NCBI GenBank assembly: GCA_013239625.1
Contig: MU056000.1
Coordinates: 11,793,175-11,857,174, forward strand
DNA from: Lama guanicoe
Taxonomy: Eukaryota
Direction: 5' to 3'
Length of the DNA: 64,000 nucleotides
This document shows, piece by piece, positions 10,992 through 22,611 of this stretch (its first letter is position 1; each line of letters begins with the position of its first letter). A program made the position numbers and the translations under genes. A model generated the notes under the pieces. That model ran no database searches. It was not told the DNA's origin and was given only the letters and a program-made list of their open reading frames with translations.

Positions 10992-13247
10992 CTTTAAAGA
11001 AATGTGTCGAAATCAAGAAGGCAAGTCAAACTGAAATTTAAGGGAGAGCTGAGAGTTGAAAGGCCCTAAGACGTCTCTTCCCCCCTGGTAGGAGGCTGCT
11101 GGTTTTCTTCCCAAAGATTTTTCTGAACCCAGGAGGCCTCTCCAGATGCAGTTCCCTGGGAATTCTTTCTCCTGACCCTCCAGCCTCCTCTGCTTTGCTT
11201 CAGGACCATTTCCTCTCGCAGTATACGGTGCCATCCTCGGCGGTTCTAATCTGTTCTGTAATAGAAGCACTCTGTGCTTGCAGGGAACACCAGATTTATT
11301 TCATTCAGACAAATAATCAATGCCGGGGCTTCTTAATGAAAGGAGATGGGGCGACTGGGAAGAGAGTGGGGAAGTGGCTTAGGGAAATGTGCCTGGTCCA
11401 TGTCGATTTACCCGATGAGCAGAGTGTTTGACCCAACGACTCTAGAAAGTACTCTGCAAAGTTGGGCATTTTCGAGTAGCCCCCAGGATGCTGACCTTTA
11501 TCCATAGAATCAGAACCCAGCCAAATGGAACATGGGGAAGAAGTTCCCAGTGTACCTGTCCGTGAGTTACCCTCATCCAAATTCCCTCCATCTTGCTAAT
11601 TAATGGCAGAGCTCCATCCGACTCCACAGCCAAAACGCAATAATGTAGCTCATTAAGTGCCACAAGGGAGTATTTAGGAAACATGCAAAAGGAACAACTC
11701 CTTTATTTCCTCTCCCCAGAGTCTTATTTCCACTCTAAGGTTTTCTCCGTTTCTTCTGGTATGAACAACTAAAAATTGGCTTGAACAATAACTCCCCACT
11801 CTAATTCATCTCTGAGCTAGTTTTTTTTTTTTTTTACCTTTTATGTTTCCCGAAGTGCATGTGACTCAGTTCCAATTCCAAATTCCAAATGAGCAAAGTG
11901 AATTCATATTTTTCATCTCCAATTAAATAATTCATTTCTCTAATTCTAAAGCAACCAGTTCAAATACTGAGTTGGCAGGAACTCATCTAGGGTATTCATG
12001 GGAAACTCACCTTTCTTTCTCCCCCCTCCCTTCTGATGTCGGCTTCTCAATTTTGGTGGCTGTCTTAGAGCATGTCGAGCAGCAGAATCAATACCTCATT
12101 AAGTTATTTCAAATTGGCAAACTACAGCTGCTTCAGCCTATGAGCATGAAGTGTGCTTTCATCAATAGAATCTCAGGTTCTGTCTACACAAAGACAAAAC
12201 AATTGGATAATTTAGTCAATTCTGTTCAAAAAAATAAAGTCCAATGGGCTGTTTGGTATTGGGTAAGCCAAACAATAATTTCCCTGGTTTTTTTTTGTCA
12301 CATGCACAGCCCATAGGACTGATAGAGACAGTCATGATGCTCCAAGTTATTTCCTTGAGTCCACTTAAGACTCTAAGCAGAAGAATGCCTATTCCGTCCT
12401 TAAACGTTGCCAAGAAAAATCCCCTGCCAATCGCCAATGAGCACGCGCCTTTCTTATCTGAAATGACCTAAGCATGAGAGGGACTGGAAATGATTCAGGG
12501 AAAACTGAGCACTTACTGTGAATAAAGCCCAAAGTTAGAGAAATGTTTAAAAGATTATAAGATGTGAATCCTACCGTCAAACGGCTTATGGTTGAGGTAG
12601 GGAACCAAGACTGGCATACGTGGGGAAAAAAAAAAAAACTTACCAACAATCCAGGGCAGAATACAACTTATTGGTCAACAGTGTGGATTAGGGGCTAATG
12701 TTGGAGAAGCTCCAAAGACAAGCAAATCATCAGTTAAGATCTTGTGATGTTTAAAAAGAACAAAGCAAATCAAAACTTGTTAGTTAATCAAGTCCATACC
12801 TAAATTCCAAATTGATTATATATGCTATAGCCAAAGCAGTATTCTTCAATAATAGAAAAATATGTTGACTTTGCGAGCAAATTAGCCTGTGTTGCAAATC
12901 AAATGTATGCACCTAAGAGTAGATGTTATCCAGAGACAGATATGGACACGTTAACTATGAAATCATTCACTAACCAACCTGGCAAGATCTGACTGCTTCT
13001 GGTAGGTGAACAACTCCAAATAGTGAATTCCAACTTTTTAGAACAAAATCAAGTTACTTTTTACCTTCAACACCAGCCAAAGGACAGAGCGAAGACTCTG
13101 GAAGCCTTTAGCTACAGAGCCCAACAGCCTCGCTCAGGATTGCAGGTGCCCTTGGCAAGCACTGCCCTTGATACTCCTCCTCTATTTTCTATTCCTTTTC
13201 CAATGCTAATATGTCTTCCTGCCTTATTTTCCTTCTCTTTCAATTAC

Positions 13248-14150
13248 TTTTAAGTAGTCTTTGTATTGAAGCAAACATACATTCAGAAAAAGTATACAGA
13301 TATTAACGTATAACTCAATTAATTTTCGTATGTAAAGTGAACACAACATGTAATCAAAACCCGTATCAAGAAACAGCATTGCCAGCAGCAGGAAAACGCT
13401 TTTGCGCCCCCTCCCAGTCGCTGCCACGACTTCTAAGAACAGAGATTAGTTTTGCTGGGTTTTTAACTTTATATAAATGGAATCATATGGCATGCATGGC
13501 TTCCTTTGTTCAAAATTATGTTTATGAAATGTATCTATGTAGCTGTGTGTAGTGGGTGTTTACACATTCACATTGCTCTTTAGTATCCTGTTATATGAAT
13601 ACACCAGGATTTATGTATCCATTCTACTGCTCATGAGTATTTGGACTGTTTCCAATTTGGGGTTATTACAAGGAGTGATGCTATAAATATTCTTGGTAAA
13701 CATATATCCACATTACTGTTGGGTGATACTAGGAATGGAACAGCTGGTTCAAGGAGCCTGCATCAGTTCAGTTTTAGTAGATATAGTTAAAGAGTTTTCC
13801 AGGGTGGTTGTACCAACTTGCCCTTCCAACAGCAGTCTATGAGAATTCTAGTTTCTCCATATCTTCACCACCACTCAGTTTGTCAATCTTTTTCATCATA
13901 TCCATTCTTGTGGGCATACAATGGCATCTTCTGGTTTTAATTTGCATATTTCTGAGGAACAATGGTGTTTGACCATTATTTCATATATTTGTAAGAGATT
14001 TGCATATGTTATTTGCAAAATACCTATTCAAGCCTTCTATTTCTCATCTGTCTTTTTTTCTTACTGATTTTTAAGAGTTTTCTATATATTTTGTTGAAAA
14101 TATCTTCTCCCATGATGTGGCCTGGTTTTTTTACTATCTGAATGGTAAGT
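13248..14150 (-). mobile_element. Old L1 (L1ME-like) 3' end
   Basis: Antisense L1 motifs 'ataaatggaatcata', 'tatccattctactgct', 'ttggactgtttccaatttgggg', 'ggttttaatttgcat'. Confidence 0.8.
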
Positions 14151-14154
14151 ACTT

Positions 14155-14617
14155 TCAGAGTTAGTTAATTTAGTAGCTCACCAGTGTCAGCTTTTCTGTA
14201 GGTCTCCTGACTTTTCCTCCATGGTTTCAATACAACTGCCACAGTGCCAGCGAGCACATCTTTTCATCACAATATTTTTGTAAAACAGGAAGAAAGGAGG
14301 AAGAAGGTTTCTTCTTACATGTCTATTTCTTTTTATCTGAGAAGAAAATCTTTCCCAGAATATCCTTCATTCCTTCCACAACAGACTTCACAGGTTTCAC
14401 GAACCAGATTTCGGTCACATGTCAACACCTAAACCAATCACTGTCAAAGAGGAATGGGGTTGCTGTGACTGCCTTGGAACAATCACGATTCATCTCAGGA
14501 GGAAGGGGTTAACAAACCATCACTGACAGCTTCCTGAACCAAACTGGTATTCTGTTAGCAAGGAGGAAGAAAGAAAGGAAATTGGCTTTTGGCTAGGAAC
14601 CAGCCACATCTACCACC
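14155..14617 (-). mobile_element. MaLR LTR, MLT1K/L-like
   Basis: 'ggtcacatgtcaacacctaaaccaatcactgtcaaagaggaatgggg' and 'ttctgttagcaaggaggaag'. Confidence 0.7.
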
Positions 14618-14999
14618 GCCACCAAGTGAACTTCAACTGAAATTTGAGGGAAAAATAAGATAAAAAATAGATATTTAAAACAGTAAATTGAGTTTCATTT
14701 TAATTTTAATTTTAATTAAAAATCATAATAGGGTGTTCAGGTATTTATTTATAGTTAAGAATTACAAGGATTTCAGCCTAGAAATAAACCTATATCCCAA
14801 GCTGTCTCTGACATACGAAGAACGGATTTAGGTTACTTTGGAAATATTCGTATAAACAGACAAATACAATCACAGAGATAGTGGCAGGTCTTGGTATGAT
14901 TTCATCATCATGATGGGCCAATTAATCGTAAATTTTTAGATGATAAATTATTTGGGAATGACAATTGTGTCTGTATTAACCACAACACTGTACAATTAC

Positions 15000-15245
15000 A
15001 GCCAATTTGACATTAAACAGACGTCTGATGTATAGTGTCTCATTTAAATGTCTTAACAACTCTGTCATGTAGACAAAGGAAATCCTATTCTCTCCATATT
15101 TGTAGATGAGGAAATTAAGAAGAATTAGTGAGGAGAAATTAAGAAATTCATTAAAATTAATTAACAAATTAAGAGAATGCATTATCTGGGAGCACAAAGC
15201 TGATTCACACAGTTGACTAGAACTCTCTTGCTTACGAGACCACCT
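15000..15245 (-). mobile_element. MIR SINE
   Basis: Antisense MIR core 'tctcatttaaatgtcttaacaact...tttgtagatgaggaaatt'. Confidence 0.7.
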
Positions 15246-15452
15246 ATCTGTCTATTGTATCCATCCATTTATCAATTCACCTATTAATTCACCTATTGAT
15301 AAATGTAGTAACTAAAGCTTATTAATGATGAGTAAATAAATGCCATGTACTTATGTTCAAGTTTATAAGCTAAGGATTTTTATATTTAACTGATGGCTAC
15401 TTTCTCTGGTAGAGGAAAAGAGAGAGGACTTTTAACTCTTCATTCACTTCAT

Positions 15453-15645
15453 TGTTTACTGGATCTCACATCCTAGAAAAGATATCTTGAAGGTTAGCCC
15501 TCCAGCATAGTGTGCCCCCAGCGTGCCATGTAATTTCCAGGACTTGCAAGTAATAAACTTTTCTTTTTCAAATTTCCCTGATGGTTATTGCTAAGGGCAT
15601 CTTGCAATCATAATAAAAACCACAAGGGCCAGTCTAGCTACAACA
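15453..15645 (+). mobile_element. Short (193 bp) solo LTR
   Basis: TGTT...AACA termini, internal AATAAA signals, 5-bp TSD ttcat (15448-15452) / ttcgt (15646-15650). Confidence 0.65.
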
Positions 15646-15949
15646 TTCGTTATCAATGGGCTGAAACCCACACACAACAAATGGATTTGCTCATGTTTAT
15701 AGACTGAAGAAAAAATGTCAACGAGAGTAAGAGACTGAAGATCGAGAAAGAAGAGGTGTAAGAGAATACGGTCAAGTATCAGGGTGGAAAACAGAAACTT
15801 GTTAAGAAGCGCACCTAATTCTGGGACTGAATGACTAATGCAAGGATGAGATGGAGGAAATTATAGATGAGCAAGAGACCGGGAAGATAGTAAAGTACAT
15901 GTCAATGATTTTCTTTTTGGGTGCATGATAACAATACGATAATAATAAA

Positions 15950-16140
15950 AGTAATCAACATAAACATCCTTGGTGCCACTACATGCAAGACATTTTGCTG
16001 AGCATTTTACCTGCATTACCTCATTGGATCCCTTTAACAACGCTGTGAAGTGGATACTATTATTGTTATGTTTATTTTGCAGATGTGGAAACTGGGGTTT
16101 GGGCAAGAATAACTTACCCAAGATCACGTGGCTGGTACAG
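15950..16140 (-). mobile_element. MIR SINE
   Basis: 'cctcattggatcctttaacaac...ttttgcagatgtggaaactggg...aacttacccaagatcac'. Confidence 0.8.
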
Positions 16141-17402
16141 AGCTACTGGCCCAATGATCACCACAGCACTGACACTCCGTGGCCACTGGTCCCATCTCTT
16201 AGCTTGAGAGAGAACATGATGACCAGGGTTTGGATACCTTCCTCATTAGTACTGGGCAAAGATGTGCATCCTCACCTGGGCAAGGATGCTAAATGACAAA
16301 TACTTTAAGCATATTTTAAAATACATATATTCCATTTGCTAACAAGCATAACAGGAAATTTTCTCAGTTTACATAAGCTTTAATCCTAGTCTTCTATTTT
16401 CTAAGCTGATCATTCTTAACATATTTTTACAGTTGAACTGGTGCTTTAAAGAGTCAATTTTTACATTCTCTTTTGAAAATTAAAGTAGCTGTTTCAGCAA
16501 CAAATCAGGACACTCAGCATTTCAACTGAAATGTTCAATATCTTCCCATTAATTATCTCTCCTTGAATAAGGAATGCAAATTAAATGAGTCAATTTTACC
16601 CAAACCCAATAAAGTCTTGATATTCTAAAGCAGCATACATCAAAGACACAGACGATACTTCCGGCACCATTGTTGCATGACAAGTTTTTCTTTGTGGTCC
16701 AAAAGAATGATATGTTACAATCTTCTACAGTCTTCTGTTTATAGGTTCAAGTGACCTGGAGAATTGGATGAGGAAGTTAAGGAGGTAGAAATACCTTCCT
16801 TAGGGTTGCATGAGATCACCAGGAAGAGTATGTCAGTTTTATGTGGGTGAGTGGGTTTGGGTGTCTCCAACTGCCTATTAAAATGCTACCCCTCCCTACT
16901 TTGGCTTCATGCCTTGTGCAAGGTGGATTCCAAAAAACTGGATCTACAAAGGAGTGGAAGAAGGCATATGTGAATACCGTCAGGACCTGACCTCCCTGCC
17001 AGTACATACAGAATCCAAATAAGTTACTGAAAATCTGACTTGTATCTTTCAATTTAAAAAATTATCACACTGTTTTTTATATCATAATCATCATGACCTA
17101 CCAACCTCCTCTAAAATCCTGGAAGCTTTTACTTTTTTGCTGCAGCCCCCCAGAACATTGCATCACACCTGCTTCACAGTAGACACTCAATAATAGAATT
17201 AAATTGAAAAAACAATCAGTTATAGAGAGAGACTAAGAAGAAAAATTTTAGGGTATGGTGAATAATATTTTCAGTATCCTCTGATCTAAAATAGTTTTCT
17301 TACTAAATTTATATATGTTTCCTAGTGGAATACACTGATATTTTGGCTCAGACATGAGAAATTATTATTTTCCCATTATTGGTAAAGAAGATACTGCTGT
17401 TC

Positions 17403-17571
17403 TAGAAGTTTTAACCTTTTTTTTTTTGTGCCATGAATCCCTTTGACAGTCCAGTGAAATCTATATTCATAATTAAAGTAAAAGCTCAACTTCAATTAGA
17501 GTTTAGGAAAATCAAAAAGTTAATTTTTCCCATTCACGTTGAATGCTATGGCACCAGGTAACAAAGGCCTG
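17403..17571 (+). mobile_element. MER119-like hAT MITE, internally deleted
   Basis: 'tttgtgccatgaatccctttgacagtccagtgaaatctat' joined to 'cataattaaagtaaaagctcaacttcaattagag'. Confidence 0.6.
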
Positions 17572-19063
17572 ATGAAATCAATTTGAAATGTGTCCACAGC
17601 ATAGGCAATGCTGTCTCTATATGCCAGCTTCATTTTTCAAAAACAATCTGCTAGATTTACTGTTTATATTCTGTCTTGCATATAATCTTCTAACTGTTTC
17701 AAACATTTTGATAATAAATGTTCTCCATAAATAACTCATTTGAAATCTTTTGAAATGGTCTTTGCCCCAAACTGATAAGACTAGCTAGAAAACTCCTGTG
17801 CAGGTAAGACAAAAGCAAAGATGGTGACCCTACCTTGAACTTCCAGGTCTTCCTCTTTATTGTCTCCTAATCAAGCCGCACTCTTCGACTTGGGAAGGAG
17901 AGGGTTGAACCAGAGTGTTACTCTCTGTTTATAGCAACTGCCTGGGTTTTTCCCTCCTTAAGGGAGCCACACACCTGAAACATAAACCTGATTTCCAAAC
18001 ACCAGGTTTTAATCATGCACGTATCAGTACGTCAGATTTTCTCTTCTCCCTCTTTAGCATATGCAGGTTCATTTATGGAACAGTTTTTTCCTCATCGAGT
18101 GAGAATTCACTAGAAGATCTGAGAACCATTTGGAAATTTTGGATTCTATGAACTCCTAGATGAATAATTTCCCTTTGGCACATGAGAAGGAAGAGCTGAA
18201 AGATCACTGAAGATTATTTACAATGTCCATTTAAAAAAAAACCCTCTAAAATTCTTTACCCCAACTAGTTTAATGAAAAAATAATTTGAATAAAGAAATC
18301 ATGGAATTCTTTCATAGCTTCTTTTTGACAAAGGGTACAAGCCCCACTGTTATATAACGTATATAGTTGGAAGTGGATAGGAACTCTCTGAGCCATACAG
18401 TTAGATTAAATTCTTGTATTATTCTTTTTAGAAATGCAGGAGCTGGAGCAAGAAATGAACTGTGTCCTTTTGTTACTTTTTTTTCCTTTCAACTAAATCT
18501 TGTTTCAGTGATCCATGTCTATATCCTCCAAAAGGAGGATTCAATTTTCACTTTAAAACATCTTCAATTTTTGCTTTGAAAAACGGGCTTGGGCCACAAC
18601 CTTCCCTGTCAGACACTTAATTTTTTCTGGCCTTTCTGTCAACCTGGGTTTTGCCAGCAGCCTGAATGGAGTAATGCCCCTGCAGCGGGCCACCAGGTTT
18701 GCCAGTAGGAGCAGGAGGCATCGTGGAAAATAGAGAGGTTCCTTGGCTTTCAGACCATGAGCACACCCGTCTGCATTTTGCCACCTCGGGCCTCTCTAGA
18801 TCCTAGTCGGCACTGACACTCGTTCCTTCATTAGCTGGGAGCAGCTGGTGGGAAAGAAAGACTGGCCAGAAACGTAACCAAAAGTCTATCTGGCAATGAG
18901 TTTTTTAAAACTGCTTGAAAAGACACACTGGATCTGAGACTATATCAAGCTAGCATCTGCGTTATAATCACAGTGGCTCCTGCAGGAAGATCCTCTGTTA
19001 TATTCTCTATTCAGAAACTGTCATTGACTGGCTTACAAACCAGTCTTTGAAAGCAGATTATTC

Positions 19064-19189
19064 TTTTTTTATTTTTTTGGGGGGGTGCATAATTAGGTTT
19101 ATTATTTATCTTTAGAGAAACTGGGGTTTGAATCCAGGACCTCGTGCATGCTAAGTGCTCACTCTACCACTTGAGCTATACCGTCCTCC
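19064..19189 (-). mobile_element. tRNA-derived SINE, camelid Vic-1-like
   Basis: Antisense tRNA-like head ('ggtttgaatccaggacctcgtgcatgctaag...ctctaccacttgagcta') and poly(T). TSD tgaaagcagattattc (19048-19063) / tgagagcagataattc (19191-19206). Confidence 0.85.
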
Positions 19190-19529
19190 ATGAGAGCAGA
19201 TAATTCTTTAACAGATTTTACCATATTTTGATTTATCCACAGATTTTCCTCCCCATTCTCACTAATGTTCCAGTTATTACCCGAGAGAAGCCATGGCCAG
19301 GCTACAGCACCTCCTAGCTGGACCCCAGCACAGGCGGAGGACAAGTTCTTTGCACAAACAGACTTAGCAAGTGTTTGTTGTCACAGGATTAATTTATTTT
19401 TGAGACGCTTCTTTAAATCATTATCACCCACTGCCCTAAAATTCAATAAAATCTCTAACAAACATGAAGACCCTGCTGCACAGCAAAATAGAATCAAACA
19501 AATTTTTTCATTCCCTAGTCATTTAGATT

Positions 19530-19700
19530 TGAAGTTCTTAAACATTTTTTATGACATGGACCCCTTTGTCATTTACATGAAATCTATACACTCAGAATAA
19601 TAGTTTTTTAAATCATAAAAGAGAATAGATAAAATTATAAAGGAAACCAATAATATTGAAGTATCATCATCGACATACCTAAAAATAAGTCTGGTGGATG
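19530..19700 (+). mobile_element. MER119-like hAT MITE, 5' part
   Basis: 'catggacccctttg...ctcagaataat...ttataaaggaaaccaataatattgaa'. Confidence 0.65.
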
Positions 19701-19702
19701 TT

Positions 19703-20047
19703 GGGCTTCTGGTCCATCATGTAGGCTGCTCAGAAGTGTCTACTCTGTCCCAACAACAAGTAAAAAGCTGAACAACTGAAAAAGCAGCAGCTCCTCTGAG
19801 ATCTGACAGAGAAGGGAGGTCACCCGGCTAACCACTGCCCCCGAATTGGAGAGACAGGCAGGCAGAAACAGAATCACAATTTTCCGGAACAGAAATCCAT
19901 GAGCAGAAACCACTTCTGGGACCTGTACAGGGGTAGGAAAACCTGAACTGTAATTGATGAATTGCTGGAGAGAATCTTTTCAACAAATGGTGCTAGAACA
20001 ACTAGACATGCACCTGCGAAGACTAAATCTAGACACAGACCTTACAT
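19703..20047 (+). mobile_element. L1MC-type 5' UTR fragment fused to an ORF2 fragment
   Basis: 'caacaacaagtaaaaagctgaacaactgaaaa...gggtaggaaaacctgaactgtaattgatgaattgctggag' resembles an L1MC 5' end. It is followed by aat ctt ttc aac aaa tgg tgc tag (NLFNKWC*), the ORF2 SLFNKWCW motif. Confidence 0.6.
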
Positions 20048-20168
20048 TGTGGTTCTTGGCTGGACAACTGGGCCAGGTAGATTTGACAGTCTCCAGCACA
20101 GATGACAGCAGTACTCAAGTTATCAACCCTACCACCAGCAGAAGCAGCACATCTCATTGACATGGAGG

Positions 20169-20539
20169 TGTCCTCCGGACTGAATTGTGTCTTCCTTTAA
20201 ATATATATTGAAGTCCTAACCCTCAGCATGAGTACATTTGGATATAGGGCCCTTCGAAGATAATTCGGTTTAGATGAGGTCATGACAATGGGACTCTCAT
20301 GCTGACATGTGTGACTTTAAAAGAAGAAGAGGAGAGAGATCATGCTCTCTTTCTGCCAAGTGAACACACAGTGAGAGCACACATGTCTGCAAGCCAGGGA
20401 CAGCGTCCTTGTCAGGAACCAAATCAGCTGGCACCTTGATTGTCGACCTCGCAGACAACAAAATTGTGAGAAATAAATACCTATTGTTTAAGCCAACCAC
20501 TCTATGATCCTTTTTATTGCAGCCTGAGCCGAGATAAGA
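20169..20539 (+). mobile_element. MaLR solo LTR, MLT1A-like
   Basis: 'ggactgaattgtgtc', 'tttagatgaggtcatga', 'gctggcaccttgatt', 'gtgagaaataaatacctattgtttaagcc'. Confidence 0.85.
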
Positions 20540-20724
20540 TTCCTTGTGTAGCAGAGAGAGGATCAGAGCAAAAGAGGACGAAAAAGCATCACAGTTGATC
20601 AGCTGTTGGCAAGACTTGCTTCTAGGTATGATGAAGCATTTCTAAGAAATACTTTGGGTCAACGCTACAGGAAACTCAGGATCTGCATTGTAACAGGAGA
20701 ATCAAGGGCTAGTAAAACAGAATT

Positions 20725-20975
20725 TAATAACACCAACAATAGGTAACACATAGTTCTTGCTCGATGCCAGGCACTGGTCTAACAACTTCACATGTGCCAA
20801 CTCATTTAATCTTCACAATGACTCTTTATAGGAGATGCTATTATAGCTCCATTTAAAAGATTAAAAAAAAACTGAGGCATAAAATGTTTAAGAAATCTCC
20901 CTGAGCGTACACCGCTTGAGAAGTGGTACTGGGATTTGACTCTAGGCAGATTCTGGAGTCCTCTTACTGCTAAAC
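20725..20975 (-). mobile_element. MIR SINE
   Basis: 'tgccaggcactggtct...actcatttaatcttcacaa...aaactgaggc...gggatttgactctaggcag'. Confidence 0.8.
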
Positions 20976-20979
20976 TGTG

Positions 20980-21150
20980 TCTGGAAGAAGAAATAGATTC
21001 TTCCCCCAGAGCCTATGGAGCCCCAGAGATGTCAGCCAAGCCCATCCAGATTTCTAAAATTTAACAAACTGTGAATGAATACGTGGGTGTTGTTTTAAGC
21101 TACTAAACAAGCATTTATCCTGTCACCCCCTTACCCTATGTTACAGCAAA
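20980..21150 (+). mobile_element. MLT1 (D/E-like) LTR 3' fragment
   Basis: 'agattcttcccccagagcct...aactgtga...gtgttgttttaagctactaa'. Confidence 0.6.
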
Positions 21151-22123
21151 TGTCTCTAAACAATGTTTTCATTTTCTGTTGTTAGTAAGGCTTCAGTTGG
21201 GTTCACCCAACTGAACTGCTGGTCACGGTATTTAAAACAGTGTTGTCTCTTCTTACGACACTGCCCTTGTTTGTCTCTCCCGCAGCAGTGTTGTTTTTCC
21301 CTTGTGCTGATACAGCAACCATTAATTAACAGCAGACATCCACTCAGGGTCACTTACGCTCTGTATCATCTGGTGCACTGTCAGCTGTGTTCGTTCAGGA
21401 TGCCTGGAATTTTATTAACCAGGTTCCACCGTCCTCTGAGCAATCACTGCCTATATTTAGAGTTCTGCCATGTTAATCAAAGTGTGATATGTCAGATCAG
21501 ACTGCCCATGGAATTAGTTTTACTCTCTACATACTTTATTATTTTAATTGTAAAATTGCTTTTGTTTTGACATTTGGCAGGTTGCAGCTTCAGCAAGTTG
21601 AAGGAAAATGGGGCTCACAAACCACTATTGGATTCTGTAAGTCATTGTTGCTACAACATGTAGCGTGCTTCTTGGTCGTGGTAAAATATGCACATCAGGG
21701 TCTCTTACTAAACTTGACTCATGATTCATGACCTGGTCTCAACTGAAAAAAAAAAAAATGACTTGCCTTTCCAGAGCTTCTGGAGGCTACAAGGCTCAAC
21801 TATGATTCTTTTATTAAAGAATCTCCAGCTTCAAGGAAGTAGGTCACTAGGTGAGACCAGAATCAGTTTCCTAAATATATATAGAGAGAGAGAAAGATGC
21901 TGGGAACCAGCAAATTAAAATGAGGAAGGATAAAAACCAAGATTTGCAAATGAAAGAAAGCATTGAACTCAGAATCCCACCACCAAAACAGTTTGAAGGT
22001 AGTGAAGGTAGCCTCTGAGTCTGGAAGAAGGTGGAGAGAAAATCTTTAAGAAGTCAGATAAAAGATGGATTGGGAACCTATGTTCATATTAGAAGGAAAT
22101 AAGCAGCTTTAAAAGCAGAGCAG

Positions 22124-22557
22124 TCACATTTGCAGCAACATAGATGGACCTGGAGATCGTCATTTTAAGTGAAGTAAGCCAGAAAGAGAAAGAAAAATAC
22201 CATATGATATCACTCATATGTGGAATTTAAAAAAAAAAAAGAAAGGACACTGAACTCATCTACAAAACAGAAACAGACTAGCAGACTTAGTAAACAATCT
22301 TATGGTTATCATGGTAAGGAGGTGGGAGGGGATAATTTGGGAGTTTGAGATTTACAAATGTTAGCCACTATATATAAAAATAGATTTTTTTAAGTTTCTT
22401 TCGTATAGCACAGGGAACTATGTTCAATATCTTGTAGTAACCTTTAATGAAAAAGAATATGAAAACGAATATATGTATGTATACACATGACTGGGACATT
22501 GTGCTGTACACCAGAAACTGACACATTGTAACTGACTGTACTTTGATTTTAAAAAAA
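22124..22557 (+). mobile_element. Young L1 3' end (camelid-type)
   Basis: ORF2 end/3' UTR ('gaagtaagccagaaagagaaagaaaaataccatatg') and poly(A). Possible short TSD agagcag. Homologous to the antisense copy at 50637-51050. Confidence 0.9.
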
Positions 22558-22611
22558 AGAGCAGGCAAATATCTGCCTTCAAAGATCATTTTAAATACAG
22601 TATTTAAAAGG

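Noticed and set aside
19064..19189. tRNA gene
   Set aside because: The tRNA-like head belongs to a SINE with an A tail, a TSD and a second copy in the window.
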